Source of the DNA: Heptranchias perlo
Taxonomy: Eukaryota
Assembly: GCF_035084215.1 (NCBI RefSeq)
Contig: NC_090339.1
Location: 25,730,001-25,794,000 of the forward strand
DNA length: 64,000 nt
Direction of reading: 5' to 3'
This document shows positions 1 to 11,843 of the stretch, in pieces (positions within the stretch are counted from its first letter, which is position 1; every line of letters begins with the position of its first letter). The notes beneath the pieces are model-generated. The model saw only the letters and a program-made list of their open reading frames with translations, did no database searches and was not told the origin of the DNA. A program made the translations under genes and the position numbers.

Positions 1-262
1 TCTACTTAACTTTAAGGACCTTGAGAAGACATGATGACTCAGATCTTCACAGGCTATTCAGAGATGTGAGTTTGTAAAACATATTCACTTTGTTTGCTAT
101 CAGCTGAGGAGCTGATAGCCAAGACAAAAATATGTCAATAGCGAGTCCTATTTATAATATAAAAACATAGAATGCAACTGCCAACAGTTTGATGTTTTAG
201 AATTTTAAATTAACAAGATTAGAAAATAAGATGGTATGATAATGAACAGGATTCATTCAGCT

Positions 263-530
263 CCTGCAATCCTTTACTGAGCTCACTCAACCCATGGTGT
301 CACTGACTATATGACTGCAATCCTTTACTGAGCTCACTCACCCCATGGTGTCATTGACTATATGACTGCAATCCTTTACTGAGCTCACTCACCCCCATGG
401 TGTCACTGACTATATGACTGCAATCCTTCACTGAGCTCACTCACCCCCATGGTGTCACTGACTGTATGACTGCAATACTACACTGAGCTCACTCACCCCC
501 ATGGTGTCACTGCATCACTGCAATCCTGCA
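263..530. repeat. Tandem minisatellite, ~51-52 bp unit
   Basis: About 5 near-identical copies of tgcaatcctttactgagctcactcaccccatggtgtcactgactatatgac, decaying into degenerate units up to ~725. Confidence 0.9.
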
Positions 531-1692
531 CTGCACTCCCTAACCCACACACTTTCACTCTATCACTGTAATCCTGCACTGAGCTCTTTAAACCCTAGTG
601 TTAATATCATTGCAATCCTGCACTAGGCTCTCTAACCTCCCCCCCCACTCTTTCACTATATCGCTCAAATATTGCACCAAGTTTCCTAACTCTCACGCAG
701 TTAATATATTACTGCAGTACTGCACATAGATATTATTGTCCCACATAATTTCAGCAGTGTCACTGTGGGCCGAAACATCCTTGACTTGTGAGCCCAGTAG
801 TGGCCATTAGACCTCGGGAGTATCCTCCTGGATAGACTTCTCTGATTCCTCCCCAGTGCTTACTCCTGAGTTCTGATGGAATGACTCTCCGTGTTGTTGG
901 GCCACCTACATGTTTAGCAAATGACACTCCATGTTACTGGGTACACATCATTTACACACAAACAAGAGCATTTAAAACTCCTGTTGCTTAACAGGATGCA
1001 ACATTTACCTAATCACAATGTTCTATTCGACATCACCAAAATTCATGTGCAAACAGTCATTCTTTGCTGATGTAATCGGAACTCCCATGTAACAGGGTAA
1101 GGAAAATATTTCAGTGGCTAAGAGGGGATAAAGGAAGTTTGCAAGGAAATATATTCAGAAATGTTTGAAAACTCCATTAATAAATTTTTGTGGAAATGAA
1201 ACATATTTGGTGATGTTGATTGTATTTTCAATAAATTTTGAAAATTCATGACTTATATAAGTAATCTGTGTAAGATTCGGTCTCTTGCACAAAGAGGCTC
1301 AAGAATGTTTGTTCCAAAGTATAAAGGTTTTATTAAGAAGTTACAATATAAGTAGTAAAGATGTTAAAATGCAAGAGCACAATTATAACATACTAAATAA
1401 GATGTTGCGATACAACCTGGCAAAGCTGACATCGACAAGGTTCCGAGGTCCTTGTGGTAACATTCAAGTGGTCCAGCCTCGCTCCGAGAATATTCTAATT
1501 AGTACGCTTTAAGTCTTGACTTATATATATTATAAACACCCATTAGTTATTACAGGACCTTGAGCCCCCCTCCTCCCTTTTTGGGGCTGTACATCAATCA
1601 TTCTTTCTGTCACACTCCACAAGAAGGCAGAAACAGACAACTGATGGTTTCCCATGCCATGATCCTGTAAACATTTTGATAATAATGGAGAC

Positions 1693-2620
1693 ATGGGTCG
1701 ATTTTATAAGTGAAAAACAGGTGGGTTGGGGGCGGGGAGGCATTAAAAATTGCCACCATTTCAGACCTGCCCCCAACCCGCCCATTTCCGGTTTTCACTG
1801 GGGCGGGAAGAGGGGCGGATGACCAACCCACTCCCAGGAGGTGGGTCAGGCCTTGATACCTTTCAAGGAGACTTCGGGCCTCTTTTTTTCTGGACTTCCC
1901 AATGACAACCCCGGGGGGGCCGGGATTCCCAGGCCTTCTGTTTTACACCTCGTGCAAGGAGGTGAGCAGGCCTGAGACTATCAGGTGGGTGTCTAGAAAG
2001 GCACAGCTTGTGGGCCCGGAGGAGCAGGAGTGCTTCCCCCAGGCCCAACAAGCCTACCTGCACCGACCCCCCCCCCACCAACGATCGCGGACACACAACC
2101 TCCGATCACAAACCCCCAATCCCTGACTCCGATCCTCCCCACACTCCAATCCTCCAATCCCTGACCCTGATCCTCCTCCCCCACTCCGATCCTCCCACCC
2201 CGATCTTCCCACCCCCGACCCTCCCCCTCAACGATTGCGGACCCCCGCAATGACCCCCTGATCCTGTCACGACCTCGTGACTGACCCCTGATCGCTCCCC
2301 CCATGACTCAAGACCCCCGTGCCAACCTATACCCACCTATGCCCCATGCCCACCCATGCCTCCCCGTGACCCCCCATCCATATAAACAAAGATATACCTG
2401 CAGACTTACCTGAACATGTCCTCTCCCTGGCTGGTTTCCTGTCCGACTGAGACCAGCCTGTCAATCGGGCCGGTCAGTCGGACAGAAAACCGACAAAAAA
2501 AATAAAAGACGTCTTTACGTCAAAATCGTAAGGACATCCGGGAAACCCACACTAATGGGCTTCCTGTCCTCAATTTGACCCCCCACCCCCTTCCCGGCTT
2601 GGTTTTTAAACCGGGCCCAT
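1693..2620. mobile_element. Putative non-autonomous DNA transposon (Harbinger-like) with C-rich internal repeats
   Basis: GC-rich block bounded by imperfect inverted termini (atgggtcgattttataa ... tttttaaaccgggcccat), with low-complexity ccgatc/ccc repeats at ~2080-2380. No transposase ORF; target-site duplication unclear. Confidence 0.45.
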
Positions 2621-2887
2621 GGTGTCTCTTGACGTGGTATTCATCAAGGGTGCGCTAACCATACAAGGTTTAAACAATCTTAACAGAAGGTTTGTTGATG
2701 CTCTTAACAATCTTTAACAGAAAGCCCGTAAATACAGTTTCTTAACAAGGTTAACAATATTCAGCAGAAAGCCTGTAAACACGCTTTTCTTACATGTCCC
2801 ATCTGTTGAGCCTACAAGGTGTATCCCTGTTAGGCTCACATTTCCAACCCATCCTTTGTTCACGGCTTGGTAGCGCAATACATCCAT

Positions 2888-3027
2888 TTGCACTATATAT
2901 GAATGTACATTGCTGACATTACTGTATATCTTGCACTTTATATTAATGTACATTGCTGACATTATTGTAAATCTGGCACTATATTATTAATGTACATTGC
3001 TGACATTACTGTATATCTCACACTTTA
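2888..3027. repeat. Tandem repeat, 43-44 bp unit x3
   Basis: ttgcactatatatgaatgtacattgctgacattactgtatatc and variants starting at 2888, 2931 and 2974. Confidence 0.85.
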
Positions 3028-3184
3028 TTTTAACAATGTATAGTGGTCAGTCATGATCGACAAATTATAAGGTTGTGTAACTTTAAACAAAATATATTAC
3101 AGATAACAAAGCAAAAAGTGCAAATGGTGCCTCTAACCCTCTCACTACCCCTGCAGCAGACAGGCCCAACTAATGATTGACAGT

Positions 3185-3290
3185 GCCCCAGAGCGCGTGC
3201 ACTTAGAATGACAGGGGCGGGGAAAGAGTTTGATTAGATCATTTCCGCCGGCGTAGGCGGGTCGTTTCCGGATGAAAGGGCGGAGCGGAA
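3185..3290 (+). promoter_or_regulatory. CpG-rich FUNDC2 promoter / 5' end
   Basis: Local CpG enrichment. GC box ggggcgggg (~3214), ETS-like tttccg motifs (~3242, ~3265) and NRF1-like gcgcgtgc (~3193) lie just upstream of exon 1. Confidence 0.65.
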
Positions 3291-3305
3291 TGGCGGAGGC
3301 GAGAG
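3290..3305 (+). CDS. FUNDC2: FUN14 domain-containing protein 2, coding exon 1 (MAEAR + first base of E)
   Basis: ggaATGGCG Kozak context in a CpG island, then donor AG|gtgaga in phase 1, matching the phase of exon 2. An in-frame upstream ATG at 3272 would add MKGRSG. Confidence 0.75.
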
Positions 3306-3612
3306 GTGAGAATGTGGCACGGCAGCTGGGCTGGGAGCCAATATCGGAACGCGGACAGCGAGAGACCGGAGAAGAAAAGTGATAGGGGCGGTCCGCGCAA
3401 CGAGCAGAGGGCAGGAGGCCGAGAATACGGGGCTGGAGAGAAGGTTACACCAGTGGGCTCTCCAACGACAGGCCTGGTGGGAGGAGCCGGACTCAGTTTA
3501 TATGCAGCCCTTAACTATCTCCTCTGAGTGATGCACCTTATTAATGGAAGATGACTGAGATACAGTGATGTAGTGTCAGTGATGTACATTATAGTGCCTG
3601 ATACACAACAAC

Positions 3613-3769
3613 ATGGGTCAGACAGTTACATGGGGAAGATGGGTATCGAGGGATATGGGCCAAGTGCAGGCAATTGGGACTAGCTTAGTGGTATAAACTG
3701 GGCGACATGGACATGTGGGGCCGAAGGGCCTGTTTCCATGTTGTAACTTCTATGATTCTATGATTCTAT
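3613..3769 (+). mobile_element. CR1 LINE 3' terminal fragment
   Basis: Ends in ...ggccgaagggcctgtttccatgttgtaac plus a (tatgattc)n tail; sits inside the acaacaac tail of the adjacent L2. Confidence 0.65.
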
Positions 3770-4742
3770 AACAACAACTAGCATTTATATAACACCTTTA
3801 ACGAAGTAAAACGTCCCAAGGTGCTTCACAGGAGTGATTATCAAACAAAATTTGATACTAAGCCACATAAGGAGGTATTAGGATAGGAGACCAAAAACTT
3901 GGTGAAAGAGGTAGGTTTTAAGGAATGTCTTAAAGGAGAGAATTACAGAGCTTAGGGCCAAGGTAGCTGAAGGCATGACTGCCAGTGGTAGAGTGATTAA
4001 AACTGGGGATGTACAAGAGGTGAGAATTGGAGGAGCTCAGATCTTGTAGGGTTGGAGGGGGTTACAGAGATAGGGAGGGGTGAGGCCATGGAGGGATTTG
4101 AAAACAAGGATGAGAATTTTAAAATTGAGGTGTTTCTGGACCGGGAGCCAATATAGGTCAACGAGCACAGGGGTAATTGGTGAATGGGACTTGGTGTGAA
4201 TTAGGATAAAGGGAGCAGAGATTTGGATGAGCTCAAGTTTATGGAGGGTGGAAGATGGGAGGCTGGCCAGGAAACCATTGGTATAGTCCAGCCTGGAGGT
4301 AACAAAGGCATGGATGAGGGCAGGGGTGGAGTTTGGTGATTTTATAGAGGTGGAAGTAAATGGCCTTGGTGATGGAGCTGATATGTGGTTGGTAGCTCAT
4401 CTCGGGCTCAAATAGGACGTCAAGGTTGCGAACGGTCTGGTTCAGCCTCAGACAGTGGCCAGGAAGAGGGATAGAGTCGGTGACTAGGGAATGGAGTTTG
4501 TGGTGGGGACCAAAGACAATGGTTTCGGTCTTCCCAATTTAGTGGGAGGAAATTTTTGCTCATCCAATACTGGATGTCAGACAAGCAATGTGACAAATGA
4601 GACAGTGGAGGAGTCAAGGGAGGTGGTTGTGAGGTAGAGCTGGGTGTCATCAGTGTACATGTGGACTCTGACATGTTTTTGGATGATGTTGCTGAGGGGC
4701 AGTATGTAGATGAGAAATAGGAGGGGGATAAGGATAGATCCT
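3770..4742 (-). mobile_element. L2 LINE 3' fragment
   Basis: Minus-strand RT remnants ([34 protein letters not shown]) and an L2-type 3' end with a (gtt)n tail. Confidence 0.8.
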
Positions 4743-5105
4743 TGTAATATAGTGTCAGTGATGTACATCATAGTGCCTAATATACAATAATATAGTGTCA
4801 GTTATGTATTAATCTAAAGTGCCTGATTTTCAGTAATAGTATTTCATCTCCAGTGAGCAACATTCTGTGATTAGTGGTTAACTGTTAAACATAGGCATGC
4901 TAACCCATTAATGGCATGTACCAGGGCACAGGTTTCTGTTCATTGGAGACTTAGTTTCTTTGGTCTGATAATAGCAACAGTCTTTGCACCATCAATTCAA
5001 ATAAACTATTGGAGGGAAAATCCTGGACTATAGCTCAATTTACAGATTGGTTACAATTAGAGATACTCGAGTCATATCTGTAAACGTGACACATTCTTTA
5101 TTGAA

Positions 5106-5290
5106 AACAGAAAAAGCTGGAAATACTTGGATCAGGCAGCATCTGTGGAGAAATGGAGTTCAGTCAAATGACGTTTTTAGATCTGAAGACATTGACTGAC
5201 TTCTGTTTCTTCACGGATGCTGTCTGACCTGCTGAGTATTTCCAGTTTTTGTTTTCAGATTTCCAGCATCTGCAGTATTTTCTGTTTTTT
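5106..5290. mobile_element. Degenerate palindromic non-autonomous element (probably Penelope-derived)
   Basis: Imperfect inverted repeat: gctggaaatact...caggcagcatctgtggag versus cacggatgctgtctgacctgctgagtatttccag. Confidence 0.55.
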
Positions 5291-5829
5291 GCCTTTTGTC
5301 TATGTTCTTTATTGACTTAGAGAGGGCTGATTGATCCTTTGTTGACTTATTTTGGGCAATTGAAGAAAACCTGATTTTTCAGGTCAAATAGAGTTTGCCA
5401 ATTGAGCTACTGATAGTGATAATAGACTTACAAAAGACTGGTTTGTACATGGGTATTTTGTCTGTATCTATCATGGTCCTTTGGGCAATCACTTGTTCTG
5501 ATTGGCTGCTGAACAAGCTTTTATATGTAGTTTGAGGACAGTTAAATGCTGTAGATCCTGAATAAAATGTGCTGCTGCTAAATTTTATGGTGGCCTGCAC
5601 AAAGCTCAAGATGAAACCAGTGCTCTTTTTAAGGAAGAAGCATCCTGTGGTTAGTGCATAATTGCACTTTCAAGGTGCCAACTACCTAGCCTTTGGCCTT
5701 CCATTTGCCACAATATTTCTGCAGCTATCTATCTGCTTAATCACTCCCTCATCTCCACCTATGATGTCCTTGCACCCAGTAGAACCTTTACACTCTCCCA
5801 TCCTGGTTGTTCCAACTGGTATTGTCCAC

Positions 5830-6512
5830 CATCATCCTCCAGTTAAACATTGGGAATACTGATGCCATCGCCTTCAGCCCCCACCAAAAACTCTACATTT
5901 GCTAACGATTCCATCCCCTCCTCAACCAGTTTCAAGTTGAACCAGACTGCTTGCAATTTTGGTGTCCTATTAGACCATGAGCTAAGCTTCAGCCTTGGCT
6001 TTTCCAAAGCTCTCCTCCCATCCTTAGCGCTCTGTAAACTAGCTCATCTAAAACTCCGCTGCCCATATTGTGTATCACATCGAGTCCTTCTGACCCATTG
6101 CTCCTGTCCTTCCTGACCGACATTGGCTCCTGGTTCCCTAACACCTCCAATTTATAATTCTCATCCTTGTTTTTAAATCCCTATGTGGCCTCACCCCTCC
6201 CTATTTCTGTAACTTCCTCTAGCTCTGCACTGCCCTCACCCCCTCCAAACTGTGCTCCTCCAATTCTGGCCTCTTGTAGATCTGCACCTAGCCCCCTGCC
6301 CCACCCCACCATTGGTGGCTGAGCCTTCAGTTGTGTAGGCCCCATACTCTGGAATTCCCTCCCTAAACTCCTCACTCTTCCACCAAGCTTTTGATCACTG
6401 CTACAGTATCTCCTAGTTTGGCTCAACATCCATTTTTGTCTAATTACGCCTCTGAAGCACATTGGGATGGCTTTCTACGTTAAAGGTGCTATATAAATGC
6501 AAATTGTTGTTA
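5830..6512 (+). mobile_element. L2 LINE 3' fragment
   Basis: RT C-terminal remnants (NFGVLLDHELSF) and the same L2-type 3' end (...ggtgctatataaatgcaaattgttgtt). Confidence 0.75.
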
Positions 6513-7171
6513 ATGCTTCCGGGCTAAGGGATAAGTCAGCCAGGGTTACTGATCTTGATGGCTGTCAGATGACCTCTACTGTAAAGTGTAAAGGACTAGA
6601 CTTGGTTTTGATTGTCGTCTCGTTGTCTTGCTTACTAACACTTGTTTTCCTCATTTGTGTGCTTTAAAATAGACACATGGGGACATACTGGATACTACTA
6701 GAATACAGGGATAATTGGTTTGGGGACAAATGGAGCACTGTCCTTTTTTTGGAAGGAATTCTGGAGCTGACACAAAAATGTTCCAAGGAACTTTTACCCT
6801 TCCCCCATCCCCACTTATTTCATGGCATACAGATCTACTTTGTGCCTATGTACAGACAGCAGCTGCTAATGTCTGTCACTTCACGGTTGCTGAACTGAAA
6901 TCCTGCAAGCGTTCCTTTGATGGTTTGAGTTTGCTGAAAAGTGACAGCTGGTGTGGGTGCTTAAGAGTAAATAGCAGGATCATCAAATCTTCTTTAACCC
7001 TGGTTTATGATCTTTCCCTTCGGAGGCTGAAATGATTCTGGACAGCCGTTTTGTTTGTGAGCATTATTTGTTCTAATGGATGTGCGGCTAAGAAGAATAT
7101 AACACTGATGGTGGCTGGCATATTTGTATATTCTCTACAAAAAAAACTGAGATTTAATTGTTTCTCTCTAG

Positions 7172-7328
7172 AACAGGGCAATGATAATGATCAATTTGAG
7201 GTGCTGGATTTGGCTGAATATGCCAAACGACAAAGGTGGTGGAACCGATTCTTTGGAAGAAACTCTGGACCAATTGCTGAGAAATATACAGTAGCAACGC
7301 AGCTGATGATTGGAGGAGCCAGTGGTTG
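7172..7328 (+). CDS. FUNDC2: FUNDC2 coding exon 2
   Basis: Acceptor tttctctctag|, donor TG|gtaagc, 157 nt. Encodes [52 protein letters not shown], the FUN14-family N-terminal region with a LIR-like FEVL. Confidence 0.95.
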
Positions 7329-7670
7329 GTAAGCTTTCCACTTTTAATATTGACTAAGCAGAGGGTAACTTTTCTGCTCATTGTATTTCATATTGACAGC
7401 AATTTGAGGGGGGGGGGGGGGGGGGGGGTGGAGAGGAGAGAGTGGGAAGAGGTTGTGATGTTGCAGATTAGATAGCTCGTTATCCTCGTAACAGATTAAC
7501 ATAAGGTAATTGTAAAGAGGTACCATTGTTGCTGGATGAGGTTACTTTCTTTACAAGGAAAATGAGACGCAATCTACGTAAATTCATTCTCATGGTTTTT
7601 ATTTTAATGGAGATGTTTAATGGGAGAATTTCCTTTCCACTGGGATGCCCCAGTGAATGGATTCCAAGTG

Positions 7671-10337
7671 TAAGACCATAAGAGGTAGGAGTAGGCCATT
7701 TGGCCCCTTGAGCCTGCTCCGACATTCAATGAGATCATGGCTGATCTGATTTTTACCTCAACTCCACTTTCCTGCCCTTTCCCCATATCCTTTGACTCCC
7801 TTGCTGATCAAAAATTTGTCTAACTCAGCCTTGAATGTATTCAATGACCCAGCCTCCACAGCTTTTTGGGGTAAAGAATTCCAAAGATTCACGACCCTCT
7901 GGGAGAAGAAATTCCTCCTCATTTCCGTCTTAAACGGGCGACCCTTTATTCTGAGACTATGCCCCCAAGTTTTAGATTCCCCCATGAGGGATAATATCCT
8001 CTCAGCATCGACCCTATCGAGTCCCCTCAGAATCTTGTATGTTTCAATAAGATCTCCTCTCATTCTTCTAAACTCCAATGAGTATAGACCCAACCTGTTC
8101 AATCTTTCCTCATAAGACAACCCTTCCATACCCGGAAACAACCTAGTGAACCTTCTCTGAACTGCCTCCAATGCAAATATGTCCTTCCTTAAATAAGGGC
8201 ACCAGAACTGTACGCAGTACTCCAGGTGTGGTCTCACCAGCACCCTGTACAGTTGTAGCATGACTTCCCTGCTTTTATACTCCATCCCTCTAGAAATAAA
8301 GGCCAATATTCTGTTTGCCGTCCGGATTACCTGCTATACCTGTATGTTGACTTTTTGTGTTTCATGTACGAGGACACCAGATCCCTCTGTACAGCAGCAT
8401 TTTGTAATATTTCTCCATTCAAATAATTTGCTTTTTTATTTTTCTTCCCAAAGTGGATGACATCACATTTTCCCACATTATTTTCCATCTACCAAATTTT
8501 CGCTCATTCGCTTTGCCCCTTGATTTTCTACTATTATGTTATTAGTGTCTTCTACTCTGAAGACAGATACAAAATATCTGTTCAATTCCTCTGCCATTTC
8601 CTTGTTTTCCATTATTATTTCTCCAGTCTCATCCTCTAAGAGACCAATGTTTACTTTAACTACCCTCTTCCTTTTTATATACTTGAAGCTTTTACTGTCA
8701 TTTTTTATATTTCTTGCTAGTTTACTCTCATAATTTATTTTCCTCCCTATTTATTATTCTTTGTCATCTTTTGCTGGTTTTTAAAGTTTTCCCAATCTTC
8801 GGGCTGACCAGTAATCTTTGCCATATTGTATGCTTTTTCTTTTAACCTGATACCATCCTTTACTTCCTTAGTTAGCCATGGTCGGTTCACCCTTTTTGTG
8901 GAGTCTTTCCTCCTCACAGGGATATATTTTTGTTATGAGTCATGAAATATCTTTTTAAATATTTGTCACTGCTTATCCACCATCATACCATCTAATCTGT
9001 TTACCCAGTCCTCTTTAGCCAATTCCACCCTCATTGCTTTATAATTGCTCTTATTTAAGTTTAATACAATAGTTTCAGACCCAAGATCCTCGTTCTCAAA
9101 CTGGATGTGAAATTCATCATGTTATGATCACTGCTTACCAAGGATCCTTTACTTTGTAATCATTAACTAATCCTGTTGTTGCCCATTACCAGATCCAAAA
9201 TGGCCTGTTCCTTGACGTATTAGTCTAAGAAACAGTCCCTAATACGAACTCCTCCTCGGCTATTTTTGCCAATTTGATTTGTCCAATCTATGTGAAAGTT
9301 AAAATCGCCCATGATTAATGCTTACCTTTTTTACAAGCCCCCTTATTTCCTGATTAATATTTTGCCCTACAGTGTAGCTACTGTTAGAGGGCCTATATAC
9401 TACCCCCACCCATAATTACTTTCCCATGCTATTTCTTACCTCCACCCAAATTGATTCGACATTTTGATCTTCTGAGCCAAGATCGTTTCTCACTATTGTA
9501 CCAATTTCATCCTTTATTAACAGAACTACCCCACCACCTTTACCTTTTTTTCCTATCCTTCCGAAATTTTAAATAACCCTGAATATTTAGCTCCCAACCT
9601 TGGTCACCCTGCAACCATACCTCTAATGGCCACGAAATCATACCCATTTGTTCCTATTTGTGCCGTCAATTCATCTGTCTTATTACGAATGTTGCGCGCA
9701 TTCGGATAAAGAACCTTTAATTTTGTCTTTTTACCATTCTTTCCTACCCCGGCCCTATTTGCTAATGCACTCTTATGTTTGTACTTTCTGTCCCTTCCTG
9801 ACACACTCTGTTTATCATTATCCCCATCACTTTCCTGTACTACTTCCTTGTCTTTTCTCTTTATCAATCTAAACTTCACTCCACCTGAGCCCTCCCCTTC
9901 TATTTAGTTTGAAGCCTTCTCTACTGCCCTAGTTATTTGGTTTGCCAGAACACTGCTCCCAGCATGGTTCAGGTGAAGCCCGTCCCAACGGAACAGCTCC
10001 CTCTTTCCCCAGTACTGGTGACAGTGCCCCATGAATCGAAACCCACTTCTCCCACACCAATCTTTAAGCCATGCATTCATCTCTCTGATCTGATTTACCC
10101 TGTGCCAATTTACTCGTGGCTCAGGTGGTAATCTGGAGATTATCACCTTTGTGGTTCTGCTTTTTAATTTAGTCCCTAGCTGCTCAAACTCCCTCAGCAG
10201 AACATCTTTCTTAGTCCTAACTATGCCATTGGTGCCTATGTGGACCACGACAACTGGATCCTTCTCCTCCCACTCCAAGTTTCTCTCCAGCCCTGAGGAG
10301 ATGTCCTTAACCCTGGCACCGGGTAGGCAACACAGTA
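7671..10337 (-). mobile_element. CR1 LINE, degraded, with internal deletion
   Basis: ORF1 esterase-like motif (VVVHIGTNG...VIISRLPP, 9904-10278), endonuclease start (LKVLYPNARNIRNK), ORF2 C-terminus (LVRPHLEYCVQFW...RRMRGDLIETYKI...FFSQRVVNLWNSLP) and a CR1 3' tail at ~7671. Most of the RT core is missing. Confidence 0.9.
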
Positions 10338-10423
10338 ATCTAGTAACTTCTGTCTCTACATAAGTCTGAACTAAATGGATTTAAGAAAGTGACTAGAATA
10401 TTTCGTCCATTGTGATCTGCACC

Positions 10424-10746
10424 AATAGAAATGAAGATCGAGGCAGTTGACACAGCTGTTGGCTACCTGAATATAATGATGAGATTGTTTTATAAAACTG
10501 AGACTATATCTGTTGGGAGTTCCTGGTTGTTTCTTAAATCACAATTCTAATTACACAAAATATCTTTTTGTCTCTGTGTACTCCCAGCAGATTTCATTAT
10601 TGTAAATATTTAGAGCAGATTCCAAATCTCTAGTTGGGAAGGAGTGATTTCAAGACCAAGGATTTTAGTGCTGGAGAATGGAACACTTCCCACTTTTTGT
10701 ATTTAGTGCCAATGTCAAGCACAGCAAATGTTAGGTATAGTACTGT
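10424..10746 (+). repeat. Left arm of an inverted duplication flanking FUNDC2 exon 3
   Basis: Reverse complement of 13544-13879; the core 10501-10722 is identical to 13583-13804. Confidence 0.95.
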
Positions 10747-11208
10747 TCAATAATGTGCAATAACTTCAACCTCAATCACCACCTATACCACCCATCCTTA
10801 TGACCTCTGAGTGAGACTTAGAATTGGTGCTGAATTTTCGATGGTTTGGTGTGGGCCCGTGGGCCTGTCAGGAACCAGGTTGATTCTGCTCAATTTATTT
10901 CACTTTGGGTTCTTATACTTGTTAGGTAACTCTTTCACCCTTTTTTAGACTAAACTGCATTCAAACTTGTTTTCAGTATTGTCCAACTGCAACACACAGG
11001 CCTGTATTTCCTTGGTTTCTTTGTTACTTGCTGTCCTGCTGTAACTTGTAAATGTTCAGTTTTCTACAAAATAGCTTGCCCTTGAAGCCTTACATTCATC
11101 CTCAACTGAATCTAATATATGATGAGACTTCTTTTAGGAAGAGATAAACGAGTCTGCCCTTTTCTCCCTCTTTTTAAGTGTTTTATTTCTGCTGCTTCTC
11201 TTTTGCAG

Positions 11209-11284
11209 GTGTGCGGGGTTCCTGTTTAAGAAGGTTGGAAAGTTAGCTGCAACAGCAGTTGGTGGAGGCTTCTTCATGCTCCAG
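11209..11284 (+). CDS. FUNDC2: FUNDC2 coding exon 3
   Basis: ttttgcag| ... CAG|gtgaga, 76 nt. Encodes (W)[25 protein letters not shown], a hallmark FUN14 motif. Confidence 0.96.
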
Positions 11285-11843
11285 GTGAGACTCAGACATT
11301 GAATTGGGAAATCAAGAATCTTCTGTGCATGATGGAATGATTTACTTCATAATCTGAGGCTGAGGTACTTCAGGAAGCAGATACAATTGTGGGGGGTTGC
11401 TGGGGGTGGAAGAAAGAGAGAGCTGGGTCAAAACTTAAACTGGTGGTTTATTATAACCCATGTACAAACTGCATGTATATTTTGGAGCTTATATATGTAA
11501 TTGTTGATCCAGGCATTCAGTTTTGTAGAAAAATAAACAATCTTAATGCTTTTGATAGTTTCTGGGGTCCAAGTTGGATTTAGGCTGATATTCAACCCAC
11601 ATGGAAATGTAAAACACTTGCACCAATTAGGGCAACACAAACATCCATTCATCCCTGGCTGGCTGTGTATGCAAAGCATGCAATGTATTTGCCTTATGGA
11701 CATCTTATAAAAGACAAATCAGGTGAGTAGCCTGCATATTGGAGGAGAGTTGGTCCTATTAGATTACAGATGTATGATTTGAGTTACTGATTACATATGT
11801 GTATATGTAGACCCCCACACTTCGTAATATATACCAAGGGGTT

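Noticed and set aside
263-530. Regular ~51-bp repeats resembling a CRISPR array
   Set aside because: Whole units repeat with no unique spacers, the context is eukaryotic and there are no cas genes; it is a minisatellite.
725-800. Minus-strand peptide ...TAEIMWDN resembling F8 exon 1 (F8 neighbours FUNDC2 in human)
   Set aside because: No ATG or signal peptide, flanked by in-frame stops, and it lies in degenerate tandem repeat; chance similarity.
1863-2336. Overlapping Pro/Gly-rich ORFs
   Set aside because: Products of low-complexity C-rich repeat inside a putative non-autonomous transposon.
7408-7428. Poly-G run (21 nt) near the FUNDC2 exon 2 donor
   Set aside because: Several G/C homopolymers occur in the window; no evidence of function, and homopolymer length is error-prone.
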